Source: Hormiphora californensis (taxonomy: Eukaryota > Animalia > Ctenophora). Taken from it: DNA of 64,000 nt. Made by a program: the position numbers and the translations under genes. A model generated the notes under the pieces. It was not told the DNA's origin and made no database searches. It saw only the letters and a list, made by a program, of their open reading frames with translations. Where the stretch lies: assembly GCA_020137815.1 (NCBI GenBank), contig CM035352.1:3348001-3412000 (forward strand), read 5' to 3'. The stretch's first letter is position 1. Each line of letters starts with the position of its first letter. Positions 11,547 to 25,247 of the stretch are shown one piece after another.

Positions 11547-14500
11547 TCTATTCTTTTTCTTGCTTTTTTTGATTTTTTAACCCAGGCTCTTTTTTCACCG
11601 AGTTCTGGGGATCCGTCACATAAAAGAAACCAATAACTCCCAAATCTCCACTTCCTAGAACACACAAAATAACAAGTATTCAACTGACCACCAGACACAC
11701 AAACAACCTCCTCTATATCTCCTGGCTCCTACTAACTCTAGAAATTCAACGGATTCCCATTATCACAATGGACAGTTCAGCTACTTACACACCAAAAGCC
11801 CTACAGAACAAAAACGTCTTTAGATCACTTTAAAACGTTTTAGAGTCTCTGATTCACGCAATTCTCTTGGCAGTTTGTCCATAGCGAGGTCCCGATACGC
11901 TGAATGCACGATCAGTGTTCTTGTAATTTGGATGGGGGATTTCAAGCAAAAGTTTATCTCCATCTGCACCAGTCCTATTGATTTTGTTTTCCTCTTAAGC
12001 AGGCGACCACTAAGATAGTCGGGTGCAAGTCGTTTTACATTTGAATACCAGAACACAGGTTTTTATACTCAATTCGCTCAGAGACCGGGAGGAAATGAAG
12101 CTCCTTCCGTAGCTGGGTGTACCTCGCCAACGCCTCTGGCCATAGATGAAACGTGATGCGGCATTTGGATCTTTTGAAGCTCTTGTACGTCTTCTTTGTC
12201 ATTCCGGTCATCAGGGAGTTAAGTAATCCATTGGAGTGGATCAAGCTGCAGACTAGTAATGTTCTTGTTCTCGCGACAAATCCCGGCGATTCTCCATAAA
12301 TTAACCAGAGTGGACTTACATGCATTGACCAACTTCAACACATGTTCATCCATGGAGAGTTTAGAGTCAAAGTACACCCCCAGATTCCTTGCCGAGTTCG
12401 TGACCACAGTAGGTGTGCGTCTTTGAACAGCTGTACTGAGTCTACAGAGGTACTTCCTCTGGGAGATAGGATCATAACTTCAGTCTTTGTTGGGTTCAGT
12501 TGGAGAAAATAGTCGTGAGCCAGGCCTGTATATCCGAAACGCAGGCCTGTAACTTCTGTTCAATACAGAGAAGTCATCCGCTGAATATGCGTGTTCAACC
12601 TGGGTATCATCTGTAAAAATGATACCTACTCCGTGTTTCTCAGCAATTAGTTCTGCTCCCTTCGTGTAGCATATGAACAGAATAGGTCCCAGAATCGACC
12701 TGAGGCACTCCAATAGTCAACTCAGTAAAAGCCGATTTCAACTCACCCACCATCACAGAAACACCCCTACCCGTAAGGTAACTCCGGAACCAGTCAAGAG
12801 AGGTATCAGTGACACCATATAGCTGCTCTAATCGTTGAGGAGTGTCGAGTGGTTCACCGTATCGAAAGCCGCACTCAAGTTAAAACAGGAGCAACTACCT
12901 TCGATCTTTCGTCCGTCAGTGTGTAGCAAATCGTCAAATATGCGCAGGGTGGCAGTTTCACAGCTGTCATATGCAGATTGATGTCTCGATAGAAGGTTGT
13001 TATCCTCCAGATTGACGAACTGATCAGCTGCACACTTTTCAATGGCTTGCCAAGGAATGGTAGGTTGCTGACAGGTCGTTAGTTACCCAGATCATCGGCG
13101 TCAAGATCTGATTTCTAATCAAAGGACGAATAAGAGCAGTTTTCAGAGCGTAGGGAACTTACCAGATAATAGGCTGTCGTTCACTATCTTAGATAGGACG
13201 GGAGGAGTTCTCCAAATAATCGTCTGACAAAAAGAAGTGGGTATAGGATCCAGCTCGCAATGTTTCGTGCCCATCTCCATAATGGTCGATCTTAAGACTG
13301 TATCAGACACCGGTGATTGAAATTTGAATGATGGCACTCGCGGTGCATTTGGAGATGAGTTAGGTATTGTAATTCACGACCATCAGATTCATTTCGTAGC
13401 TTCTCCTCCATTTTTCGATAGATTTTATCAACCTTACCCTTGAATGCCGCCATGAAAGAGTCTGCGAGCCCATCCTTTTCAATGTTTCCCGGCATAACCT
13501 CCACCCTCTTAGTCCCCAATAGATAGTGCGTGTTGCCATGTTCTCCCGTGGATCATCCTTCTGTAATTCAAGTTTTTTGGAGAAGAACTTTTCCCTCGTT
13601 TCATTCAAGATTTTCTCCGAGTCCTTTTCTGTTCTTTTGAAGCGTTTAAATGTTTAACAAGTTCAGCAGGATCTGTTGACGTCTTGAGTACAGCACGATA
13701 TTTCCTTCCTTTCTCCTTTCTCAGTTTTCGCAGCCTGGCATACCTCATAGTTCTCTGAAAACCACTGCTCGTCCCTCTCACAACCACTCTAGTTACTACA
13801 GGCGCTCGGTGTGTCCATGAAAGAAGTAAGTGAGGAGTTGTTAAGTGTTACACAGTCATCCAGATCTGGGCAGTTCATCACACAGGTCAGATTGGAGAAT
13901 GTCCTCCTTGAGATCCTCGATATCCAAGTCTCATTTTACGACTTCGTACAACCTTAACGGCCTTATTAGCACTGAAACCAGCTACATCCATGGAAAAACT
14001 AACGAGTGAGTGATCAGGAAGAACAGGTGAACGATAAATCTCCAGCCCGGTAAGGGTCGTACCATCCGTATCCTGGTTAGAATCAGGTCCAGTAAACCAC
14101 CTCTGACATGTGTCGCTCCCAGGACATGCTGAGACCATCCCTCCATCGATAAAAGTCCCTTGAATTTTTGAGTAAAGCGATCAGAATCGTCTTGGTACCT
14201 ACATTAAAATCACCCAATATGACTGGAGTACCTCCTTAGACAGAAATGAGTTCAAGTATGCCCCAAACTCCGTAATGAAATGGCCGTAATCATTCCCCGT
14301 TCGTAGACAACCGCAAGTCGAACACCAACCGTCCCTTTCACGAAAACCTCCAAGCACTCAAAAGACTTTTGGGAAGTGTTGCATCGAGAGTACTTGATCT
14401 TATTCCTCATCATAAACGCAACCCCTCCCCCTCTTTTCCCTTTCCGTGGAGCACTTACTAATTTATGCCTCCACTCTGCAACTTCGGCTTCACAGCAGTC

Positions 14501-15490
14501 TCTCCCGTTTTAACCACGTCTCAGTAGAGCTAAGATGTCAAATCATTCTCTACCATCATACCCAGGACCGAGTTAACCTTATTTCGGAGGGAAAAGCAAT
14601 TTCCAAGCCCAATCCTTAAAGTCCTACAACCTTGTTACCTTCGCTCCAGTCTCATGCCCATCTCCCAAGTTAGTTTTTTGGAACATTTTGCAGTTCAAAA
14701 GGTATACTGGGCATCCGCTATATCCAGCATTGTGATTGTGCGCTCCGGCTCTCAGTTTCGCGTCGTTCGAGTTTTTGCAATTACTGCAGCACATGTGTCG
14801 CCTGTTGCTACAATCCCTAGTGGAGTGTGCTCCAGCACAGAACATGCAAGTAGGTTGGGACTGGTCGCACTCCAGCGCTTTGTGCCCAAACTTCTGACCA
14901 ATGAAGCACTGTGGGATGTGATACCGGCTCTCCACTCGGCAGGATACATTCATCACAAACAGGTTCCCCTGCTTGACCAAAAAGTCCCTGATGGCCAGGA
15001 CACCTTCATTCAATTGTAGCCCTTTCCCGCTCCCGAGACTCCCAACAAAAACGACCTCCATAGCATGTCCCTACTCATTAGTTCCTCACTGCCGCATTCT
15101 TCATTCTGATTAGTCGAATAATGGCGTTATCCATATTTTGTCTCTCCATGTTAGCAGGGAAGTCTTCGATCGGCAATGGAAAGTCCTTGACTGTAATTTT
15201 CGGCTGTCTTAGTGTCGACTTCAAAAGTGCGTTTTCCGGTAGTACAGCCTTAAGTGGTGCTCTGCAGATTCCAGCATGTCTTGATTCGGTAAGGAAATAG
15301 TTACCTTTCCACCCTTGTCCTCCCTAACGAAAGACACGGAGTTTCTTTAAGCGCCTCTGAAACTCGTTTAATATCTCCTGCATTTTGAATAGTAATTTTG
15401 GCGGGTGACGACTTAACCACTTCAGGGGCAGATGACCTAGTTACTTCGGCAAACGATCTATCCATGAAACTGTCCATCTTTTTTGCTATT
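11275..15490 (-). mobile_element. Near full-length L2/CR1-group LINE, heavily frameshifted (zinc-knuckle ORF1, APE-RT ORF2)
   Basis: ORF1 QKFGHKALEC..CMFCAGAHSTRDC..CSNC (14624-15061); APE PDHSLVSF; RT ELDPIPT, SILGPILF, TDDTQ, RNLGVYFDSKL, LHFLPVSERIEYK; T-runs at 11275-11580 read as an A-rich tail. Confidence 0.9.
11352..11514. mobile_element. Tc1/pogo-like MITE (TA TSD, CAGTCGGACCC TIR)
   Basis: TA|CAGTCGGACCC...GGGTCCGACTG|TA with internal aaatcgggg subrepeats; same family at 50765 and ~31620. Confidence 0.85.
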
Positions 15491-16897
15491 TCTTCCGCAA
15501 TTCTACCGATAACCCCAAACCAAACCCTAACCAGACCCTAACGGATAGCCCTAACCCGTCGCGCGCGCTAAAACTACGAATTGTTAGCAATGAAAGGCAC
15601 CCAGACTTTAACGTTTTCCATCACAAACAAACAAACAAAAATTAATACTACACAACCCACTAGGGACCTCAGAGGTGAACAAACAAAACAAATTTCGAAC
15701 TCGAAACAACCAAGTAAAGTTATCAGCGAACCCGCGCAGCGTTGTTTTCAAAAGTCTGGCGCGTTACGTTCATTGCATCGCTAAAGCGCTCTTCAAAATC
15801 TGTGTTTTTCCGCCGCGGCGGAATTCCGCTGTGTTTTTGTTTTTCCCATTGGCATGCGCTGCAGACCCCAAGTGCTTGGCATACGTTGCAGGCCCCTTAT
15901 AATATAATATAAGGGGCCTGGAGGGAATACCGCGCTAGGGGGGAATACATAATCAATCATATCTCCGGTTCCAGATAAGGTACAGAAATCGTTTTGGTAG
16001 CGTTGGAAACAGGAAGATAACAGCTTTCAAATGCAAACGGTTTCAGGTCTCTATCTTATCAGGAACAGGAGATATGAACCAAACTCCGCAAAATCGAGTG
16101 CGGTAAAAATAAAAAATTCGAGATTTTAATTCAAATTTGAAACAAAGTGTCCCTGCAAGAATCTGTGACGTCACTTTTTGAAAACAACCCATCTTTGAAC
16201 GGTTATTGCTCAGCCTCCTGAAGTCCAATTTACTTCTCTCAAAAACAGCAAGGTAGATAATGTCAGATCTAACAGCTAGTGAAAGAATCAAGTCAAACGG
16301 ATTTCAGGGGCCAAAGTTATAAGCACGCCCGTTTTTTCGCTCGCAAAGTTATCTTCGACCCAGCCGGGCCCGTCCTGAGCTCAGGCCAAACGCGCGCGCG
16401 GCATTCCCTTCAGTCCCCTCGTTGCGGGGGTGCGCGCATGAGGGGGCTGCAGCGCATTCCAACCCAAGTGCGCGCGTTTTCCACGGCTTCTAGCATAGGC
16501 CAATTTTTCCCACTGCTTTCCCCCGCTGTTTTGAGCAATGAGCACGCACGTGCGCATTGAGCTGCATGCCTGCACGGGAAAGGGGAAACGTTAAAATCTG
16601 GGTGTTTTGATTGACACTTGACAGCAATCACGGTTTTTAGACCGTTAGGGGGGGGGGGAAGTTAAAATCTGAGTGCCTTCCATTGCTAACAATCCATCGA
16701 ATTTGGCGGTTGAGTCTTGAGACGGGTTAGGTCTGCCCGTTATTTTGGAAACTAACAGCTCTCTTATTGAATCTGAGTCATCCCGTAACCAGAATTATTC
16801 TCAGCACACTGTCCTATAATCACTCCAGTTTGATTGTGAAACCTTTTCTTTTGCTAACATACAATTACATAAACACCGAATGAATACATTTAATATA

Positions 16898-19800
16898 TCA
16901 TTGAGTTCCCTTTTTAATAAACAATAACGCCAAAAGACGATAAACTACCAGCAAAACGAAGAGCATTGGAATATCTTTAATCCATACACTCGAATCATGG
17001 AAAGATAGAGATTCTAAGACATCTTCACCAGAATTTAGCGGGCACGGCATCCCGTTACACAGCGGATAGGGTTCCTCTGAGTAAAACTGGGTGGCACACA
17101 TCGCCTCAAAACTGTAGTAGTAAAACGAAAGGTACTGACACCATTTTAGGTACCAGGGAATGGTGTCAACGTTAATAAAAAGACCGGCAGTCAGGAAGAG
17201 GGGGAGAAGAAGAGGGATGTGGCCTGCAAATGCAACTTTCATTGAAGGTGATATCGAGGATATTAGGTACCCATAAGACACGGCAGCCCGAGAACTCAAC
17301 CACGCCACAAAAATGAAAATAAGAAAGTTCGTGACACCACCGTCTAGTCCTGCCATCCAATAGGGTACACTGTAAAACACTAGTGTATAGAGGGTATCCA
17401 AACCTAGCCTAACTAGCGTAGTTGAAAGGAGGTACGCGGAAGTCGAATACGCATTACTCTGTACTTCTCTCCTGTATCTCTCCCTATCGCTCAGTTCAAT
17501 TTGTAGTGCCCCGATGTATGTGGAGTAGTTCCAATAGAACAACAGGATGAAAATGAGGCCTAGTTTTGTCTGGACAGCTGAGAAATCATCTGGCAACTGC
17601 CAGTAAAGAAGTCCAAATATTAGGGAGACAATCCCCACCTCACAGCACTTTGTCAGGATGTGGGTTTTATTCCGGAACAGTGAGAGAGACTCCCTCCAAC
17701 AAAGAGTCGAGAGTTGTTGTCCTAGGCCGTGGAGTGGTGGAGAGGTGGAGGAGAGCATGTAGTCAACTGCTGTTACAGAAACATCCCGTGTATCTTTATC
17801 TCCTCCGTGCACCCTAAACAGAAAATCAATTGATTTAATAGGTTAGGGTATTTAATCAAATGATTAAACCCGGAATCCTGATTTGAGCGTACTAGTGTGC
17901 ATCCTGAATCCTGATTTATTGAAAAGTTTCTCTAGGGACTAGGAGCCCCTCTCATTCCAAACCTGGATATTCTTTCGAGTAGTTCATCTCCTTCAGTAGA
18001 AAGAGACAGTAGCAGGTAATCTGCAGGGTTGATGTATTTATCTGAGGGTCTCACTGCTCCAGCTTCAACAAAATCTAGAAGAGCCAGACCTGGTTCCCCC
18101 TGGTACACTGTGTAACCGTCCTTCAATAGTATCACCTGAGGGAGGGGAGAGAGATCGTTATTATATATACACGGAAAATGATTGAGCTTTACAAATTTAA
18201 GTGAGCTTTACAAATTTAAGTGAGTTATGAGTATCATATTTGGATCCGTATTGTAACTTCGCGAGCTCTTTTTGCATGATCTGATGTTTAGCTTTCCTTA
18301 ATCTAATCATGATAAGATCAATAGTCAAGTAAAGTTTTCGTTGCGAAAAGTACCTTGTCAAACAGACCGAACGTCTCAGCTGATGGTTGATGGATGGTTA
18401 GTAGGATGGACCGTCCTTTTAATGTCAAATGTTTCAAACTGCCAACGAGCTGCTCTGACATGAACGTATCCAAACCTACGAAAAGGTGGAGAATGTTTGT
18501 TTAAAAGTGATTCGATGGTAGATATAAGAGATGTAAATGAGCCTGATCCTCCCTAGAAAGAGGTCACATTTTTGTAGTCACGTGTTGGAAAAGGAAGATC
18601 ATTTTCAATTTGTAGATTGTTCCGTCTGATTTGAATTTGAAGATCAAAGTGATTTACCGCTAGTTGGTTCGTCCAGGAGAATTAGGGACGGGTTAGCCAG
18701 CAGCTCCTGAGCTACAGATAGTCTCTTTATCTCCCCTCCACTAATACCTCGACCCTCCGACCCTCCACTTCCAATACGATTATCCCTCGCCTTTATAAGA
18801 CTAACTTCTTCCAAGGTGTTGAGAACCTGAACGAGGTTTATTCATGGAGCTGTTTATTCTTGGAGTACTAGGAATATATCTACCTTATTGAATCGCTACC
18901 GAAGAAAATATGTTTAGGCTCCTGAATAATATCATTTATGAAATACGGCAAACGCACTCAACATATGTCTCTGGTTCTGATTGAATCTTTGTTACAGTGA
19001 GATTTACCCATCTGGCTTTATGGCATTGTAACGCCTTCATTTAGAGGACAACTCATGTGATCTCAAGCTTGCTAGCTCTATTTAGTAAGCTCATTTTAGT
19101 TACCTTCTCTAATAAGTTTATTTACTTTGTCGACATATAATAATTCATGTTGTATTTCAACAAATTAAACCGCCATCTATAAATTATTATTTCTACAGCT
19201 AGTGGTTGAATTGAGTTACCTGGTTCTCACGTGCAATGGTGCTTGTATCCCTTGGTAGGCGGAGCTTGGCATGGAAATGAAGGTGCTCTGACACGGTTAG
19301 CAGGGCAGGGTGTCTATCAAACTGTGGTACAAACACACAGCTGGCCGGTAATCTACTGCCCATCTCTACTTGATTCAGTGTTATCGAACCTAAAGATTGG
19401 GCATTTTAGTTGCTGAGAGTGGCTCCGCTTTGGAAATTCTGGCACTAAACTGTGTTTATTGTTAACTGTTTAGATCACTAACGGTAACACTGTAATTATA
19501 GTCAGTACTATTGTCTTAGTATAAATTGCCTCAACTATAAGAGTGTCGTCAGAGCATGGCAACAACAACAACACAGAGTTGTGTGTGGTCTGCGAAGCAG
19601 GAAGTGAGTGGTTTATTTCATTCATTCTCTTGTTAGTTTTACTGCTGTTGCAGAAGGCATGGCATTACCAACTAAGCATGGCAATATATTATTCAGCTTA
19701 ATACAGTAGTAATTTATGTGACAGTAAAGTCGGATTTTTTGAAACTGTCACCCCCAAATGACCGCGCATGTGAAATTTATCAAATTTGACGCGCACACCA

Positions 19801-20675
19801 CACGTTAACATGTGATGTGACGCGCAAAAACATTCCGCGCACGAAGAGGGGGGTGACAGTTTCAAAAAATCCGACTTTAGTAATTTATGTGACATAGACA
19901 TTTGCATTATGTGATATTGACAACTGACATGTACGTGCTGATCAAGACGATGATCGAGCAGTTGGACACTGTACTGATTGGCTGATAATTATTGGTTTAA
20001 TTGCTTGTCTCGGCATATAGTATGCTGATAATTACACAGTATATTATCTTACCAGAACAGTCCAGTCCCGTCTCCAATTGTCGAGTTAGTGCCTTCATCA
20101 GTGTAGTCTTACCGCCCCCACTACCGCCCAACACTGCCACTAACATACCGGGTGCTACGGTACCACTAACACCCCGTAGTAGGTATCTCTCTTCCGTGGC
20201 CCCTCGACAACAGGGTGGCCCCTGGTTCTTGATACACCTTACATCTACACCTTTCCACTGCAGGGTAACTTCTGGGGGGGGGGGGTGTCACAATTTAGGG
20301 GTGCGATACTGCAACAGAATATAACGCAAAACTTGTCACGGACAATGTCCGGTGAATATGAAATTGGCGTTGGCTGCCGTTATGCAATTACATTAGGCTG
20401 AGGAGACTGGAGGAGACGCACACCCCTTGGCCTTACGCCAATGCCCTTGATAGATCGTTGTTTATTTTGTTACCCCTTACCTTTAATTGCCTTGCTGAAT
20501 TATAGACCCTCTCTCTCTCTCTCCCTCCGCGAGAAAGAGAGGGTTAGGACAACCGCTTACCAAATGTTAAGTTAGATTATAACAAACCTTGTACCGGTGG
20601 TTGCTCAATCTGTAGGAATGCTGCTGCTGCATTTCTCGGCTCCCTCAGTTGGATCCTTCCTCTACCAAACTTCAT
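16898..20675 (-). CDS. ABCG (white/scarlet-like) half ABC transporter, 7 exons
   Basis: Exons ~20675-20588, 20271-20053 (Walker [10 protein letters not shown]), 19389-19220, 18826-18658 ([16 protein letters not shown]), 18475-18354 (GLD, TIHQPS), 18135-17963, 17813-16898 (ABC2 membrane domain); splice phases are compatible. Start codon uncertain. Confidence 0.92.
19724..19880. mobile_element. Small TIR element in ABCG intron flanked by a 14-bp direct repeat
   Basis: taaagtcggattttttgaaactgtcacccc ... ggggtgacagtttcaaaaaatccgacttta; taatttatgtgaca at 19710-19723 and 19881-19894. Confidence 0.8.
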
Positions 20676-21289
20676 ATCAAAATCCGACATACACAAAACG
20701 AAATACGAATCAGAGGGTAGAACTGTGTCAAGTTGAGTAGAAAGGAGCTGGTCAGAAATCTGAGTTCAAAACGAAGAAATATTGGGTTCTGTGATTCTTG
20801 TTTGTGTGGTTTCACCCCCTCTCTCTTTTGTCTGAGTAGTATCAGTAGCAGCCCTCTCTCTATCGTCACGAAACCACTCTATTTTGCTGCAAATACACCC
20901 GAGAGATGAAGGCACACCCTGCATGAAACATATACCATTGTGCACCTCCAGCCTTTCAGCTGAATCGAATGATCCTGTTATAACTAGCTGGTTCATACCT
21001 TTTTCACATGCAAGTAGGATTTGAGATACCAGGACTTGACTAAGGTCATGCATGTCACTGTCTAACCTCAAACCAGGATATCTGGTGCCAATAATTGGCA
21101 CACATGGGAAAGCATTCTGTCACTGAGGCACGGAACACGCGAACACCGTCTTTTGATAAAAGTGGTTGTTCAAGCACTCACTTTGGACGCGCGCACCAAT
21201 GTAGAGTGAAATCGCTCCGACAAGCGCCAGAAAACCCGAATTCCCCACCACTAATTGAACAATAACCCTTGTTTTCACCATGTAGCAAC

Positions 21290-22778
21290 ATGGAATTCAA
21301 GAACGACGGTAGTTGGATAGAATGTCCGATACCGGAGTGTCGAGATGACGAATACGAGGAGGTGGCCTGGGGACTAAACTGGCAGGATAAGTTCAGGAAG
21401 ATGACAATTAATCGCCCCAAGGTGTTCGGAGCTATGGTGAAGTTTGATATGAAATTCTGTGGAGTTTGCCATTCAGACAAGCATCTGGCTCTCAATGAAG
21501 TACCAGGTAAATGGGCCGGTATGAGAGAGATTTTAATTCATGATCTCAACCCCTCACTCAACTATGCTAGGGATCGGGAATCATTGTGTTCATCTTTTAC
21601 TAAAAAATTAACTGAAAAAAGTAGGAAGAACTGCCAGTTATTCAGAAGTCTCACACTCCCACAAACTCAAAGTGAATTTTGACCCTTTTCCCCTCCCAGG
21701 TGCAATGTACCCGATGGTACCAGGGCACGAGCTGGTAGGAGTTGTTACAGAGATAGGACCAGATGTTACAAAGGTTGCAGTGGGCGATAAAGTGGCTGTG
21801 GGGTGCACGTGTGATAGTTGTATGGACTGTGACAGGTGTAATGGGGGAGAGGAAAACTATTGTCTAAACGGTGAGATACATGCATATTGAGCCCATAATT
21901 TAGAAGTTAGATAGAATTGACAGGCCTACATGGCTTAACTGTAACATGCAGGGCTGAAAAAGTTTACTAAATACTGCTGATTGAATACTGTTCCGAAGAG
22001 TTGAACCTGTCTATATTTTCTAGGTGGCCAGACGCACACCTACAACGCCAATAAGATCCACGGACACATAGGAGGGAACCCAGAGACCCAAACACTTGGA
22101 GGTTATAGTGGCTCTACCGTCCTCCACGAGCGATACATAATGCCCCTACCAGCGGATATGGAACTTCATAAAGCGGCACCCCTTGTCTGTGCAGGGATCA
22201 CCATGTACGATCCCCTGAGGCACTGGGGAGCCCTCGAGCCAGGAAGGACAATGACCATTGGAATTGCCGGGCTGGGCGGTTTGGGGACTATGGGTGTCAA
22301 AATTGCAGCGGCGATGGGCCACAAGGTGGTCGTGATTTCTGGGACTCTGTCTAAAAAACAGATGGCCCTGGACAAGGGTGCATCAGATTTCGTTGTGTTG
22401 TCAGACCCCAAATCTCTGTACGCTAACTGCAATACCATGGACCTGATTCTAAACACGATCTCCGCTCCCGGGCCCATCTCTAAACTCCTCCCCTTGCTAA
22501 AAACGGATGGAACCATTGTCCAGTTGGGACTTAGTGCCGAACCACTGGAGATTGACCCGTTTCAGATTATCTTCCAGCGGAAAAGTGTAGCAGGATCAAT
22601 GGTGGGAGGCCTCAAGTCTCTTCAGGAGTGCATTGACTTCTGCTACAAGCACGATATATACCCGGATGTAGAGGTTATTGATTCATCTCGGCTGGAGGAG
22701 GTGTACGGGGTGTTTGAAAAAGGGAACAGCGGGGGAATACGATATGTTCTGGATATCGAGAAGAGTAAAACTCTATAG
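21290..22778 (+). CDS. Zn-dependent alcohol dehydrogenase, cinnamyl-alcohol-dehydrogenase (CAD/AdhC/YahK) type, 3 exons
   Basis: Exons 21290-21506, 21700-21870, 22024-22778; CGVCHSD, VPGHELVG, CMDCDRC..C, CAGITMYDPL, GLGGLG, RYVLDI. Confidence 0.93.
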
Positions 22779-23194
22779 ATATAATATGTTGTTGGAAGAC
22801 AGTTTCACAGTGAGTGACGGCCCCAGATATATTGGTAAACTGCTTTGTAGTTACTTGGACTGGTTTTTAGATGAGTGACAATTCCATATTTCTAGTTTCT
22901 AACTTCAAAAAGGCAGTATTTTAAAATCCAAGAAACGAACACAAACTATAGTTGATGGTATCATATTTACAGTTTATAAATTAACACACATAGGGGACAC
23001 TGCCCTTCTCAGGCTAGCTGTTTCAGTGACACTACTTATAGTCTATTTAGTCACTTGGACTGTGATGTGTGTGTAAAATTGTTCTAATTCTCACTCTGTG
23101 TACATTTATAATGGATTTATTGAGTTTATAAAACCGTTGAGACCTGAGTCGTTCGTTCAGCAGCCGGAAATGGACAGATGGGGGAAGGTAAAAT

Positions 23195-25247
23195 TCAGTT
23201 GCTTGAGCCAGCCCTGAAAATGGGAAAGGGTTAAATTTGGCGGAAAATAAATTTAAGTGTGGACGAAAGTGAAGTTATTTAGCCAACTTAATTAATTAAT
23301 TAATTTTCATTAATTAATTGATTGATTAACTAGATAATTACCTTTGATCGCACACCGTCCTGAGAATCTCATCAACCATGGTCCTTGAGAGGAGGACATG
23401 TCCCATATTCTCCTTCACTCGGTTCAGAATCCAGGGCACGAAGTTACCCTCCACATCTCTGGAAACAGGGTCGTAGAAGTAGCCGTTCTCCGAGAGAGCG
23501 CCGAACACCGAGGGAACCAGATCGGATAGATAGTTGGCGGCAAAGGCTCGGGCAGCAATCTTCCTGGCCGTTTCTGCTTCCACTGCCAAGACTTCCTTTT
23601 GCTGGCCCATTCGGCGTTGTTTCTCCTCTCTGTGGCGTCGTTCCTGTTCCTCGAGACGCTGAGTCTCCACCAACTCCGCATGTCGGAGTTCCTCGAATTG
23701 GCGCTGGGGGAGGTAATGATAGGATTAGTGATTGAGAAAACTGAGTTTTTGAGTGATACTGGGATCGAGAAATAGTAACTGTGTCTAGAATAATAATATG
23801 CAACACTATGGGGACACTATGCAGCATGATAGTGTACCAAGTATGCTTACCTGTTGAGCTCTGAGGTTAGCTAGTTCCTCTTCCTCCATCACCTCCATAA
23901 GGGCTTGTTCAATTGTCTTACCCACCAACACTTCCAAAATGGGCTTAACCTCAATGTCAAAGTCGAACAACTGAAATAAAAATGGGATTGCCATTGTCAA
24001 TGTCAATGTGTTTGGTCCAAACACTGTTGTGGAACCCCTCAAATTTCGAGGTCTTTTGACCAAAGAGCTTGGTATTTTGTACTTGTTTATTTGTTTTATC
24101 TCACCTCTCCCTCAAGAATCTGGGTTGTGTTGTCCACACCGGTTTTGGCAGGTACAAACTGGGGCGTGGGAGGTCGATCAAGGAATGCGTCAGTCTGAGC
24201 TTCTACATCTGCCTCCTCAACACGGTCTAAACGGGGAGGAATTAGTAAAAGCCGTATACAGATATTTTGTCGTGCTTATTGTTTAGCAAACCCACCCTTA
24301 ATTTCTTCGAGGTACAGTTCGGTCTGAACGTCAATGTGTTTCCTTCCATCCACGGGCTCGGCAGATCTCGGTCGAAGTTGGTCGGTGGCTCGCTTTCTTG
24401 CGAGGATCCTCCGCCTGGCTTCAGCCTGTCTCTGTACTTCGATTGGATCTGGCTGGACTGTCTGAAAAAGGAAGGATAGGATAAATTAGGTCGAATAATG
24501 ACAAATGAATGGGAGATTGGAGAACGGAGGCTGTCCGAATTGCTGTCATTCCTGATGAGATGCGAGAGCGCGCGTGTTTTGATCGGCGCGCATTCTCACA
24601 CTGCTGAAATTCAACTTTACACACGCAGCTTTTCTTATTGCCATGACAACAAAATAAATGTTTGCTAGTTGTGTGTGCGTGTTGGACATTGAATTGCGTA
24701 CAACACGCAGCTGCCGAAAAGAGAGGGAGAGAGAGAGAGAGAGAGAGAGCACTGAGCAGAGACGATAAGTGATGACGTAAAAACTTGACATGAAATGAGG
24801 TTGAGCAAAATGTGGTTAGTCGGTTCAGAAAGATTAAAACCGACGTGACTTGCTATCAATAGAGGTACCAAAGATCGGATAGTCAGATGACAGATGGCAT
24901 ATATCCATCACACATATAATATCCCTGGCTAGTTACCATGACAACAATGAATTAAAATGATTCTCATCTTACCGCTGGTAGTACGTGCTGGGCATATGTG
25001 TTTCCTCTCACAATTCTCCTATCGTACATAATGTTACCATACAATGCTGGCCCATTTCCTGTCCTGAAATGAAAGTCAGAGTAATTAAAAGTTTTTGATG
25101 ATTAGCTAATCACTTTTATGAAAATAGAAAGCGTTTTACTTACTGCATGTATGGATCCCTGAATTTCATGCCCTGGGGTCCCTCCCGGGGTTTTGACTGG
25201 AACGTGTAGGTTCCCTGGTCTGGCATTTTAGCTGCTGAAGCGGCCAT
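23195..25247 (-). CDS. RSPH3: Radial spoke head protein 3, 7 exons
   Basis: Spliced translation contains YGNIMYDRRIVRGNTYA, DGRKHIDVQTELYLEEI, QTDAFLDRPPTP, LFDFDIEVKPILEVLVGKTIEQALMEVMEEEEL, KIAARAFA. Confidence 0.95.

Noticed and set aside
15505-15560. Telomere-like ccctaac repeats
   Set aside because: Only a few degenerate units, internal position.
15889-15920. Short palindrome caggccccttata..tataaggggcctg as terminator or regulatory site
   Set aside because: No supporting context; probably a collapsed MITE remnant.
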